Assembly (NCBI RefSeq): GCF_009914755.1
Contig: NC_060946.1
Direction: 5' to 3' (one strand)
Source of the DNA: the human T2T-CHM13v2.0 reference genome, Homo sapiens
DNA length: 64,000 bases
Shown: piece after piece, positions 1-16,600 of the stretch
How positions within the stretch are numbered: the stretch's first letter is position 1
Layout: the number at the start of each line of letters is the position of its first letter
Made by a program: the position numbers and the translations under genes
Notes under the pieces: model-generated
The model's input: only the letters and a program-made list of their open reading frames with translations
Database searches by the model: none
Told to the model about the DNA's origin: nothing

Positions 1-3000
1 TAGGTACATAAAATATGAAAGTACATCAAATATATATTTTATTCTGTATATAAAATATCAAAGTACACCAGATATATATTCTATAGTGTACATAAAATAT
101 CAAAGTACCCAAACTATACATTATATACTGTACATAAAATATGAAATTACATCAAATATATTTTATATTAGGTACATAAAATATGAAAGTACATCAAATA
201 TAGATTATATACTGTACATTAAATACCAAATTACCCCAAATATATATTTTATACTGTACATGAAATATCAAAGTTCACAAACTATATATTATATACTGTA
301 CATGTAATATCAAAGTACCCAAGGTATATATTCTATACTGTACAAAAAATAACAAAGTACCAAAAGCATGTATTATATACTGTACCTAAAATATGAAAGT
401 ACATCAAATATATATTTTATTCTGTACATAAAATATCAAAGTACACCAGATATATATTCTATAGTGTACATAAAATATCAAAGTACCCAAACTATACATT
501 ATATACTGTACATAAAATATGAAATTACATCAAATATATTTTATATTAGGTACATAAAATATGAAAGTACATCAAATATAGATTATATACTGTACATTAA
601 ATACCAAAGTACCCCAAATATATATTTTATACTGTACATGAAATATCAAAGTTCACAAACTATATATTATATACTGTACATATAATATCAAAGTACCCAA
701 GGTATATATTCTATACTGTACAAAAAATAACAAAGTACCAAAAGCATGTATTATATACTGTACCTAAAATATGAAAGTACATAAAATATATATTTTATTC
801 TGTACATAAAATATCAAAGTACACCAGATATATATTCTATAGTGTACATAAAATATCAAAGTACCCAATCTATACATTATATACTGTACATAAAATATGA
901 AATTACATCAAATATATTTTATATTAGGTACATAAAATATGAAAGTACATCAAATATAGATTATATACTGTACATTAAATACCAACGTACCCTAAATATA
1001 TATTTTATACTGTACATGAAATATCAAAGTTCACAAACTATATATTATATACTGTACATATAATATCAATGTACCCAAGGTATATATTCTATACTGTACA
1101 AAAAATAACAAAGTACCAAAAGCATGTATTATATACTGTACCTAAAATATGAAAGTACATCAAATATATATTTTATTCTGTACATAAAATATGAAAGTAC
1201 ACCAGATATATATTCTATAGTGTACATAAAATATCAAAGTACCCAAACTATACATTATATACTGTACATAAAATATGAAATTACATCAAATATATTTTAT
1301 ATTAGGTACATAAAATATGAAAGTACATCAAATATATATTTTATTCTGTACATAAAATATCAAAGTACACCAGATATATATTCTATAGTGTACATAAAAT
1401 ATCAAAGTACCCAAACTATACATTATATACTGTACATAAAATATGAAATTACATCAAATATATATTATATTAGGTACATAAAATATGAAAGTACATGAAA
1501 TATAGATTATATACTGTACATAAAATATCAAGGTACCACAAATATATATTATATTCTCTACATGAAATATCAAAGTTCTCAAACTATATATTATATACTG
1601 TACATAAAATATCAAAGTACCCAAGGTATATATTCTATACTGTACAAAAAATAACAAAGTACCAAAACATGTATAATATACTGTACATAAAATATGAAAG
1701 TACATCAAATATATATTTTATTCTGTACATAAAATATCAAAGTACACCAGATATATATTCTATAGTGTACATAAAATATCAAAGTACCCAAACTATACAT
1801 TATATACTGTAAATAAAATATGAAATTACATCAAATACATTTTATATTAGGTACATAAAATATGAAAATACATCAAATATATATTTTATTCTGTACATAA
1901 AATATCAAAGTACACCAGATATATATTCTATAGTGTACATAAAATATCAAAGTACCCAAACTATACATTATATACTGTACATAAAATATGAAATTACATC
2001 AAATATATTTTATATTAGGTACATAAAATATGAAAGTACATCAAATATAGATTATATACTGTACATTAAATACCAAAGTACCCCAAATATATATTTTATA
2101 CTGTACATGAAATATCAAGGTTCACAAACTATATATTATATACTGTACATATAATATCAAAGTACCCAAGGTATATATTCTATACTGTACAAAAAATAAC
2201 AAAGTATCAAAAGCATGTATTATATACTGTACCTAAAATATGAAAGTACATCAAATATATATTTTATTCTGTACATAAAATATGAAACTACACCAGATAT
2301 ATATTCTATAGTGTACATAAAATATCAAAGTACCCAAACTATATATTATATACTGTACATAAAATATGAAATTACATCAAATATATATTATAGTAGGTAC
2401 ATAAAATATGAAAGTACATGAAATATAGATTATATACTGTACATAAAATATCAAGGTACCCCAAATATATATTATATACTCTACATGAAATATCAAAGTT
2501 CACAAACTATATATTATATACTGTACATAAAATATCAAAGTATCCAAGGTATATATTCTATACTGTACAAAAAATAACAAAGTACCAAAAGCATGTATAA
2601 TATACTGTACCTAAAATATGAAAGTACATCAAATATATATTTTATTCTGTACATAAAATATCAAAGTACACCAGATATATATTCTATAGTGTACATAAAA
2701 TATCAAAGTACCCAAACTATACATTATATACTGTACATAAAATATGAAATTACATCAAATATATTTTATATTAGGTACATAAAATATGAAAGTACATCAA
2801 ATATAGATTATATACTGTACATTAAATACCAACGTACCCCAAATATATATTTTATACTGTACATGAAATATCAAAGTTCACAAACTATATATTATATACT
2901 GTACATATAATATCAAAGTACCCAAGGTATATATTCTATACTGTACAAAAAATAACAAAGTACCAAAAGCATGTATTATATACTGTACCTAAAATATGAA

Positions 3001-6000
3001 TGTACATCAAATATATATTTTATTCTGTACATAAAATATCAAAGTACACCAGATATATATTCTATAGTGTACATAAAATATCAAAGTACCCAAACTATAC
3101 ATTATATACTGTACATAAAATATGAAATTACATCAAATATATATTATATTAGGTACATAAAATATGAAAGTACATGAAATATAGATTATATACTGTACAT
3201 AAAATATCAAGGTACCCGAAATATATATTATATACTCTACATGAAATATCAAAGTTCACAAACTATATATTATATACTGTACATAAAATATCAAAGTACC
3301 CAAGGTATATATTCTATACTGTACAAAAAATAACAAAGTACCAAAAGCATGTATAATATACTGTACATAAAATATGAAAGTACATCAAATATATATTTTA
3401 TTCTGTACATAAAATATCAAAGTACACCAGATATATATTCTATAGTGTACATAAAATATCAAAGTACCCAAACTATACATTATATACTGTACATAAAATA
3501 TGAAATTACATCAAATATATTTTATATTAGGTACATAAAATATGAAAGTACATCAAATATAGATTATATACTGTACATTAAATACCAAAGTACCCCAAAT
3601 ATATATTTTATACTGTACATGAAATATCAAAGTTCACAAACTATATATTATATGCTGTACATATAATATCAAAGTACCCAAGGTATATATTCTATACTGT
3701 ACAAAAAATAACAAAGTACCAAAAGCACGTATTATATACTGTACCTAAAATATGAAAGTACATCAAATATATATTTTATTCTGTACATAAAATATCAAAG
3801 TACACCAGAGATATATTCTATACTGTACATAAAATATCAAAGTACCCAAACTATACATTATATACTGTACATAAAATATGAAATTACATCAAATATATAT
3901 TATATTAGGTACATAAAATATGAAATTACATGAAATATAGATTATATACTGTACATAAAATATCAAGGTAACCCAAATATATATTATATACTCTACATGA
4001 AATATCAAAGTTCACAAACTATATATTATATACTGTACATAAAATATCAAAGTACCCAAGGTATATATTCTATACTGTACAAAAAATAACAAAGTACCAA
4101 AAGCATGTATAATATACTGTACATAAAATATGAAAGTACATCAAATATATATTTTATTCTGTACATAAAATATCAAAGTACACCAGATATATATTCTATA
4201 GTGTACATAAAATATCAAAGTACCCTAACTATACATTATATACTGTAAATAAAATATGAAATTACATCAAATATATTTTATATTAGGTACATAAAATATG
4301 AAAGTACATCAAATATATATTTTATTCTGTACATAAAATATCAAAGTACACCAGATATATATTCTATAGTGTACATAAAATATCAAAGTACCCAAACTAT
4401 ACATTATATACTGTACATAAAATATGAAATTACATCAAATATATTTTATATTAGGTACATAAAATATGAAAGTACATCAAATATAGATTATATACTGTAA
4501 ATTAAATACCAAAGTACACCAAATATATATTTTATACTGTACATGAAATATCAAAGTTCACAAACTATATATTATATACTGTACATATAATATCAAAGTA
4601 CCCAAGGTATATAATCTATACTGTACAAAAAATAACAAAGTACCAAAAGCATGTATTATATACTGTACCTAAAATATGAAAGTACATCAAATATATATTT
4701 TATTCTGTACATAAAATATCAAAGTACACCAGATATATATTCTATAGTGTACATAAAATATCAAAGTACCCAAACTATACATTATATACTGTACATAAAA
4801 TATGAAATTACATCAATTATATTTTATATTAGGTACATAAAATATGAAAGCACATCAAATATAGATTATATACTGTACATTAAATACCAAAGTACCACAA
4901 ATATATATTTTATACTGTACATGAAATATCAAAGTTCACAAACTATATATTATATACTGTACATATAATATCAAAGTACCCAAGGTATATATTCTATACT
5001 GTTCAAAAAATAACAAAGTACCAAAAGCATGTATTATATACTGTACCTAAAATATGAAAGTACATCAAATATATATTTTATTCTGTACATAAAATATCAA
5101 AGTACACCAGATATATATTCTATAGTGTACATAAAATATCAAAGTACCCAAACTATACATTATATACTGTATATAAAATATGAAATTACATCAAATATAT
5201 ATTATATTAGGTACATAAAATATGAAAGTACATCAAATATAGATTATATACTGTACATAAAATATCATGGTAACCCAAATATATATTATATACTCTACAT
5301 GAAATATCAAAGTTCACAAACTATATATTATATACTGTACATAAAATATCAAAGTACCCAAGGTATATATTCTATACTGTACAAAAAATAACAAAGTACC
5401 AAAAGCATGTATAATATACTGTACATAAAATATGAAAGTACATCAAATATATATTTTATTCTGTACATAAAATATCAAAGTACACCAGATATATATTCTA
5501 TAGTGTACATAAAATATCAAAGTACCCAAACTATACATTATATACTGTACATAAAATATGAAATTACATCAAATATATTTTATATTAGGTACATAAAATA
5601 TGAAAGTACATCAAATATAGATTATATACTGTACATTAAATACCAAAGTACCCCAAATATATATTTTATACTGTACATGAAATATCAAAGTTCACAAACT
5701 ATATATTATATACTGTACATATAATATCAAAGTACCCAAGGTATATATTCTATACTGTACAAAAAATAACAAAGTACCAAAAGCATGTATAATATACTGT
5801 ACATAAAATATGAATGTACATCAAATATATATTTTATTCTGTACATAAAATATCAAAGTACACCAGATATATATTCTATAGTGTACATAAAATATCAAAG
5901 TACCCAAACTATACATTATATACTGTAAATAAAATATGAAATTACATCAAATATATTTTATATTAGGTACATAAAATATGAAAGTACATCAAATATATAT

Positions 6001-6690
6001 TTTATTCTGTACATAAAATATCAAAGTACACCAGATATATATTCTATAGTGTACATAAAATATCAAAGTACCCAAACTATACATTATATACTGTACATAA
6101 AATATGAAATTACATCAAATATATTTTATATTAGGTACATAAAATATGAAAGTACATCAAATATAGATTATATACTGTACATTAAATACCAAAGTACCCC
6201 AAATATATATTTTATACTGTACATGAAATATCAAAGTTCACAAACTATATATTATATACTGTACATATAATATCAAAGTACCCAAGGTATATATTCTATA
6301 CTGTACAAAAAATAACAAAGTACCAAAAGCATGTATTATATACTGTACCTAAAATATGAAAGTACATCAAATATATATTTTATTCTGTAAATAAAATATG
6401 AAACTACACCAGATATATATTCTATAGTGTACATGAAATATCAAGGTACCCAAACTATACATTATATACTGTACATAAAATATGAAATTACATCAAATAT
6501 ATATTATATTAGGTACATAAAATATGAAAGTACATGAAATATAGATTATATACTGTACATAAAATATCAAGGTACCCCAAATATATATTATATACTCTAC
6601 ATGAAATATCAAAGTTCACAAACTATATATTATATACTGTACATAAAATATCAAAGTACCCAAGGTATATATTCTATACTGTACAAAAAA
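1..6690 (+). repeat. Sub-domain 1: full-length 378-bp 9-mers with a 756-bp dimer pattern and 13-mer (546-bp) variants
   Basis: Monomer i always starts AAAAAATAACAAAG (usually followed by TACCAAAAGC), and no 5-bp deletion occurs in d. The ACATGAAATATAG variant recurs at 2418, 3174, 3930 (756-bp steps). Extra a-b-c-d blocks follow TAGG at 1, 1303, 1848, 4284, 5964. Confidence 0.85.
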
Positions 6691-7639
6691 TATCAAAGTA
6701 CCCAAAGCATGTGTTATATACTGTACATAAAATATGAAAGTACATCAAATATATATTTTATTCTGTACATAAAATATCAAAGTACACCAGATATATATTC
6801 TATAGTGTACATAAAATATCAAAGTACCCAAACTATACATTATATACTGTTTTAAAATATGAAATTACATCAAATATATATTAGGTACATAAAATATGAA
6901 AGTACATCATATATAGATTATATACTGTACATTAAATACCAAAGTACCCCAAATATATATTTTATACTGTACATGAAATATCAAAGTTCACAAACTATAT
7001 ATTATATACTGTACATAAAATATCAAAGCACCCAAGGTATATATTCTATACTGTACAAAAAATATCAAAGTACCCAAAGCATGTATTATAAACTGTACAT
7101 AAAATATGAAAGTACATCAAATATATATTTTATTCTGTACATAAAATATCAAAGTACACCAGATATATATTCTATAGTGTACATAAAATATCAAAGTACC
7201 CAAACTATACATTATATACTGTACATAAAATATGAAATTACATCAAATATATATTATATTAGTTACATAAAATATGAAAGTACATCAAATATAGATTATA
7301 TACTGTACATTAAATACCAAAGTACCCCAAATATATATTTTATACTGTACATGAAATATCAAAGTTCACAAAATATATATTATATACTGTACATAAAATA
7401 TCAAAGTACCCAAGGTATATATTCTATACTGTACAAAAAATATCAAAGTACCCAAAGCATGTATTATAAACTGTACATAAAATATGAAAGTACATCAAAT
7501 ATATATTTTATTCTGTACATAAAATATCAAAGTACACCAGATATATATTATATAGTGTACATAAAATATCAAAGTACCCAAACTATACATTATATACTGT
7601 ACATAAAATATGAAATTACATCAAACATATATTAGGTAC

Positions 7640-10600
7640 ATAAAATATGAAAGTACATCAAATATAGATTATATACTGTACATAAAATATCAAAGTACCC
7701 CAAATATATATTATATAGTGTACATGAAATATCAAACTTCACAAACTATATATTATATACTGTACATAAAATAGCAAAGTACCCAAGGTATATATTCTAT
7801 ACTGTACAAAAAATATCAAAGTACCCAAAGCATGTATTATATACTGTATATAAAATATGAAAGTACATCAAATATAGATTTTATTCTGTACATAAAATAT
7901 CAAAGTGCACCAGATATATATTCTATAGTGTACATAAAATATCAAAGTACAAAAACTATAAATTATATACTGTACATAAAATATGAAATTACATCAAATA
8001 TATATTGGTACATAAAATATGAAAGTACATCCAATATAGATTATATACTGTACATAAAACATCAATGTACCACAAATATATATTTTATACTCTACATGAA
8101 ATATCAAAGTTCTCAAACCATATATTATATACTGTACATAAAATATCAAAGTACCCAAGGTATATATTCTATACTGTACAAAAAATATCAAAGTACCCAA
8201 AGCATGTATTATATACTGTACATAAAATATGAAAGTACATCAAATATATATTTTATTCTGTACATAAAATATCAAAGTACACCAGATATATATTCTATAG
8301 TGTACATAAAATATCAAAGTACCCAAACTATACATTATATACTGTACATAAAATATGAAATTACATCAAATATATATTATATTAGGTACATAAAATATGA
8401 AAGTACATCAAATATAGATTATATACTGTACATAAAATATCAAAGTACCCCAAATATATATTATATACTGTATATGAAATATCAAAGTTCACAAACTATA
8501 TATTATATACTGTACATAAAATATTAAAGTACCCAAGATATATATTCTATACTGCACAAAAAAATCAAAGTACCCAAAGCATGTATTATATACTGTATAT
8601 AAAATATGAAAGTACATCAAATATATATTTTATTCTGTACATTATATATCAAAGTACACCAGATATATATTCTATAGTGTACATAAAATAACAAAGTACA
8701 CAAACTATACATTATATACTGTACATAAAATATGAAATTACATCAAATATATATTAGGTACATAAAATATGAAAGTACATCAAATATAGATTATATACTG
8801 TACATAAAATATCAATGTACCCCAAATATATATTTTATACTCTACATGAAATATCAAAGTTCACAAACCATATATTGTATACTGTACATAAAATATCAAA
8901 GTACCAAAGGTATGTATTCTATACTGTACAAAAAATATCAAAGTACCCAAAGCATGTATTATATACTGTACATAAAATATGAAAGTACATCAAAAATATA
9001 TATTTAATTCTGTACATAAAATATCAAAGTACACCAGATATATATTCTATAGTGTACATAAAATATCAAAGTACCCAAACTATTTATTATATACTGTACA
9101 TAAAATATGAAATTACATCAAATATATATTATATTAGGAACATAAAATACGAAAGTACGTCAAATATAGATTATATACTGTACATAAAATATCAAAGTAC
9201 CCCAAATATATATTATATACTCTACATGAAATATCAAAGTTCACAAACTATATATTATATACTGTACATAAAATATCAAAGTACCCAAGGTATATATTCT
9301 ATACTGTACAAAAAATATCAAAGTACCCAAAGCATGTATTATATACTGTACATAAAATATGAAAGTACATCAAATATATATTTTATTCTGTACATAAAAT
9401 ATCAAGGTACACCAGATATATATTCTATAGTGTACATAAAATATCAAAGTACCCAAAGTATAAATTATATACTGTACATAAAATATGAAATTACATCAAA
9501 TATATATTATATTAGGTACATAAAATATGAAAGTACATCAAATATAGATTATATACTGTACATTAAATACCAAAGTACCCCAAATATATATTTTATACTG
9601 TACATGAAATATCAAAGTTCACAAACTATATGTTATATACTGTACATAAAATATCAAAGTACCCGAGGTATATATTCTATACTGTACAAAAAATATCAAA
9701 GTACCCAAAGCATGTATTATATACTGTACATAAAATATGAAAGTACATCAAATATATATTTTATTCTGTACATAAAATATCAAAGTACACCAGATATATA
9801 TTCTATAGTGTACATAAAATATAAAAGTACCCAAACTATACATTATATACTGTACATAAAATATGAAATTACATCAAATATATTTTATATTAGGTACATA
9901 AAATATGAAAGTACATCAAATATAGATTATATACTGTACATTAAATACCAAAGTACCCCAAATATATATTTTATACTGTACATGAAATATCAAAGTTCAC
10001 AAACTACATATTATATACTGTACATATAATATCAAAGTACCCGAGGTATATATTCTATACTGTACAAAAAATAACAAAGTTCCAAAAGCATGTAATATAT
10101 ACTGTACCTAAAATATGAAAGTACATCAAATATATATTTTATTCTTTACATAAAATATCAAAGTACACCAGATATACATTCTATAGTGTACATAAAATAT
10201 CAAAGTACCCAAACTATACATTATATACTGTACATAAAATATGAAATTACATCAAATATATATTAGGTACATAAAATATGAAAGTACATCAAATATAGAT
10301 TATATACTGTACATAAAATATCAAAGTACCCCAAATATATATTATATACTGTACATGAAATATCAGAGTTCACAAACTATATATTATATACTGTACATAA
10401 AATATCAAAGTACCCAAGGTATATATTCTATACTGTACAAAAAATATCAAAGTACCCAAAGCATGTATTATATACTGTACATAAAATATGAAAGTACATC
10501 AAATATATATTTTATTCTGTACATAATATATCAAAGTACACCAGATATATATTCTATAGTGTACATAAAATATCAAAGTACCCAAACTATTTATTATATA

Positions 10601-13600
10601 CTGTACATGAAATATGAAATTACATCAAATATATATTATATTAGGTACATAAAATATGAAAGTACATCAAATATAGATTATATACTGTACATTAAATACC
10701 AAAGTACCCCAAATATATATTTTATACTGTACATGAAATATCAAAGTTCACAAACTATATATTATATACTGTACATAAAATATCAAAGTACCCAAGGTAT
10801 ATATTCTATACTGTACAAAAAATATCAAAGTACCCACAGCATGTATTATATACTGTACATAAAATATGAAAGTACATCAAATATATGTATTATTCTGTAC
10901 ATAAAATATCAAAGTACACCAGATATATATTCCATAGTGTACATAAAATATCAAAGTACCCAAACTATACATTATATACTGTACATAAAATATGAAATTA
11001 CATCAAATTTATATTAGGTACATAAAATATGAAAGTACATCAAATATAGATTATATACTGTACATAAAATATCAAAGTACCCCAAATATATATTATATAC
11101 TCTACATGAAATATCAAAGTTCACAAACTATATATTATATACTGTACATAAAATATCAAAGTACCCAAGATATATATTCTATACTGTACAAAAAATATCA
11201 AAGTACCCAAAGCATGTATTATATACTGTACATAAAATATGAAATTACATCAAATATATATTTTATTCTGTACATAAAATATCAAAGTACACCAGATATA
11301 TATTCTATAGTGTACATAAAATTACAAAGTACACAAACTATACATTATATACTGTACATAAAATATGAAATTACATCAAATATATATTAGGTACATAAAA
11401 TATGAAAGTACATCAAAGATAGATTATATACTCTACATAAAATATCAAAGTACCCCAAATATATATTTTGTACTCTACATGAAATATCAAAGTTCACAAA
11501 CCATATATTGTATAGTGTACATAAAATATCAAAGTACCCAAGGTATATATTCTATACTGTACAAAAAATATCAAAGTACCCAAAGCCTGTATTATATACT
11601 GTACATAAAATATGAAAGTACATCAAATATATATTTTATTCTGTTCATAAAATATCAAAGTACACCAGATATATATTCTATAGTGTACATAAAATATCAA
11701 AGTACCCAAACTATACATTATATACTGTACATAAAATATGAAATTACATCAAATATATATTATATTAGGTACATAAAATATGAAAGTACATCAAATATAG
11801 ATTATATACTGTACATAAAATATCAAAGTACCCCAAATATATATTATATAGTGTACATGAAATATCAAACTTCACAAACTATATATTATATACTGTACAT
11901 AAAATAGCAAAGTACCCAAGGTATATATTCTATCCTGTACAAAAAATATCAAAGTACCCAAAGCATGTATTATATACTGTATATAAAATATGAAAGTACA
12001 TCAAATATAGATTTTATTCTGTACATAAAATATCAAAGTGCACCAGATATATATTCTATAGTGTACATAAAATAAAAAAGTACAAAAACTATAAATTATA
12101 TACTGTACATAAAATATGAAATTACATCAAATATATATTGGTACATAAAATATGAAAGTACATCCAATATAGATTATATACTGTACATAAAATATCAATG
12201 TACCACAAATATATATTTTATACTCTACATGAAATATCAAAGTTCACAAACCATATATTATATACTGTACATAAAATATCAAAGTACCCAAGGTATATAT
12301 TCTATACTGTACAAAAAATATCAAAGTACCCAAAGCATGTATTATATACTGTACATAAAATATGAAAGTACATCAAATATATATTTTATTCTGTACATAA
12401 AATATCAAAGTACACCAGATATATATTCTATAGTGTACATAAAATATCAAAGTACCCAAACTATACATTATATACTGTACATAAAATATGAAATTACATC
12501 AAATATATATTATATTAGGTACATAAAATATGAAAGTACATCAAATATAGATTATATACTGTACATAAAATATCAAAGTACCCCAAATATATATTATATA
12601 CTGTATATGAAATATCAAAGTTCACAAACTATATATTATATACTGTACATAAAATATTAAAGTACCCAAGGTATATATTCTATACTGCACAAAAAAATCA
12701 AAGTACCCAAAGCATGTATTATATACTGTATATAAAACATGAAAGTACATCAAATATATATTTTATTCTGTACATTATATATCAAAGTACACCAGATATA
12801 TATTCTATAGTGTACATAAAATAACAAAGTACACAAACTATACATTATATACTGTACATAAAATATGAAATTACATCAAATATATATTAGGTACATAAAA
12901 TATGAAAGTACATCAAATATAGATTATATACTGTACATAAAATATCAATGTACCCCAAATATATATTTTATACTCTACATGAAATATCAAAGTTCACAAA
13001 CCATATATTGTATACTGTACATAAAATATCAAAGTACCAAAGGTATGTATTCTATACTGTACAAAAAATATCAAAGTACCCAAAGCGTGTATTATATACT
13101 GTACATAAAATATGAAAGTACATCAAAAATATATATTTAATTCTGTACATAAAATATCAAAGTACACCAGATATATATTCTATAGTGTACATAAAATATC
13201 AAAGTACCCAAACTATTTATTATATACTGTACATAAAATATGAAATTACATCAAATATATATTATATTAGGAACATAAAATACGAAAGTACATCAAATAT
13301 AGATTATATACTGTACATAAAATATCAAAGTACCCCAAATATATATTATATACTCTACATGAAATATCAAAATTCACAAACTATATATTATATACTGTAC
13401 ATAAAATATCAAAGTACCCAAGGTATATATTCTATACTGTACAAAAAATATCAAAGTACCCAAAGCATGTATTATATACTGTACATAAAATATGAAAGTA
13501 CATCAAATATATATTTTATTCTGTACATAAAATATCAAGGTACACCAGATATATATTCTATAGTGTACATAAAATATCAAAGTACCCAAAGTATAAATTA

Positions 13601-16600
13601 TATACTGTACATAAAATATGAAATTACATCAAATATATATTATATTAGGTACATAAAATATGAAAGTACATCAAATATAGATTATATACTGTACATTAAA
13701 TACCAAAGTACCCCAAATATATATTTTATACTGTACATGAAATATCAAAGTTCACAAACTATATGTTATATACTGTACATAAAATATCAAAGTACCCGAG
13801 GTATATATTCTATACTGTACAAAAAATATCAAAGTACCCAAAGCATGTATTATATACTGTACATAAAATATGAAAGTACATCAAATATATATTTTATTCT
13901 GTACATAAAATATCAAAGTACACCAGATATATATTCTATAGTGTACATAAAATATAAAAGTACCCAAACTATACATTATATACTGTACATAAAATATGAA
14001 ATTACATCAAATATATTTTATATTAGGTACATAAAATATGAAAGTACATCAAATATAGATTATATACTGTACATTAAATACCAAAGTACCCCAAATATAT
14101 ATTTTATACTGTACATGAAATATCAAAGTTCACAAACTACATATTATATACTGTACATATAATATCAAAGTACCCGAGGTATATATTCTATACTGTACAA
14201 AAAATAACAAAGTACCAAAAGCATGTAATATATACTGTACCTAAAATATGAAAGTACATCAAATATATATTTTATTCTTTACATAAAATATCAAAGTACA
14301 CCAGATATATATTCTATAGTGTACATAAAATATCAAAGTACCCAAACTATACATTATATACTGTACATAAAATATGAAATTACATCAAATATATATTAGG
14401 TACATAAAATATGAAAGTACATCAAATATAGATTATATACTGTACATAAAATATCAAAGTACCCCAAATATATATTATATACTGTACATGAAATATCAGA
14501 GTTCACAAACTATATATTATATACTGTACATAAAATATCAAAGTACCCAAGGTATATATTCTATACTGTACAAAAAATATCAAAGTACCCAAAGCATGTA
14601 TTATATACTGTACATAAAATATGAAACTACATCAAATATATATTTTATTCTGTACATAATATATCAAAGTACACCAGATATATATTCTATAGTGTACATA
14701 AAATATCAAAGTACCCAAACTATTTATTATATACTGTACATGAAATATGAAATTACATCAAATATATATTATATTAGGTACATAAAATATGAAAGTACAT
14801 CAAATATAGATTATATACTGTACATTAAATACCAAAGTACCCCAAATATATATTTTATACTGTACATGAAATATCAAAGTTCACAAACTATATATTATAT
14901 ACTGTACATAAAATATCAAAGTACCCAAGGTATATATTCTATACTGTACAAAAAATATCAAAGTACCCACAGCATGTATTATATACTGTACATAAAATAT
15001 GAAAGTACATCAAATATATGTATTATTCTGTACATAAAATATCAAAGTACACCAGATATATATTCCATAGTGTACATAAAATATCAAAGTACCCAAACTA
15101 TACATTATATACTGTACATAAAATATGAAATTACATCAAATTTATATTAGGTACATAAAATATGAAAGTACATCAAATATAGATTATATACTGTACATAA
15201 AATATCAAAGTACCCCAAATATATATTATATACTCTACATGAAATATCAAAGTTCACAAACTATATATTATATACTGTACATAAAATATCAAAGTACCCA
15301 AGATATATATTCTATACTGTACAAAAAATATCAAAGTACCCAAAGCATGTATTATATACTGTACATAAAATATGAAATTACATCAAATATATATTTTATT
15401 CTGTACATAAAATATCAAAGTACACCAGATATATATTCTATAGTGTACATAAAATTACAAAGTACACAAACTATACATTATATACTGTACATAAAATATG
15501 AAATTACATCAAATATATATTAGGTACATAAAATATGAAAGTACATCAAATATAGATTATATACTCTACATAAAATATCAAAGTACCCCAAATATATATT
15601 TTGTACTCTACATGAAATATCAAAGTTCACAAACCATATATTGTATAGTGTACATAAAATATCAAAGTACCCAAGGTATATATTCTATACTGTACAAAAA
15701 ATATCAAAGTACCCAAAGCCTGTATTATATACTGTACATAAAATATGAAAGTACATCAAATATATATTTTATTCTGTTCATAAAATATCAAAGTACACCA
15801 GATATATATTCTATAGTGTACATAAAATATCAAAGTACCCAAACTATACATTATATACTGTACATAAAATATGAAATTACATCAAATATATATTATATTA
15901 GGTACATAAAATATGAAAGTACATCAAATATAGATTATATACTGTACATAAAATATCAAAGTACCCCAAATATATATTATATAGTGTACATGAAATATCA
16001 AACTTCACAAACTATATATTATATACTGTACATAAAATAGCAAAGTACCCAAGGTATATATTCTATCCTGTACAAAAAATATCAAAGTACCCAAAGCATG
16101 TATTATATACTGTATATAAAATATGAAAGTACATCAAATATAGATTTTATTCTGTACATAAAATATCAAAGTGCACCAGATATATATTCTATAGTGTACA
16201 TAAAATAACAAAGTACACAAACTATACATTATATACTGTACATAAAATATGAAATTACATCAAATATATATTAGGTACATAAAATATGAAAGTACATCAA
16301 ATATAGATTATATACTGTACATAAAATATCAATGTACCCCAAATATATATTTTATACTCTACATGAAATATCAAAGTTCACAAACCATATATTGTATACT
16401 GTACATAAAATATCAAAGTACCAAAGGTATGTATTCTATACTGTACAAAAAATATCAAAGTACCCAAAGCGTGTATTATATACTGTACATAAAATATGAA
16501 AGTACATCAAAAATATATATTTAATTCTGTACATAAAATATCAAAGTACACCAGATATATATTCTATAGTGTACATAAAATATCAAAGTACCCAAACTAT

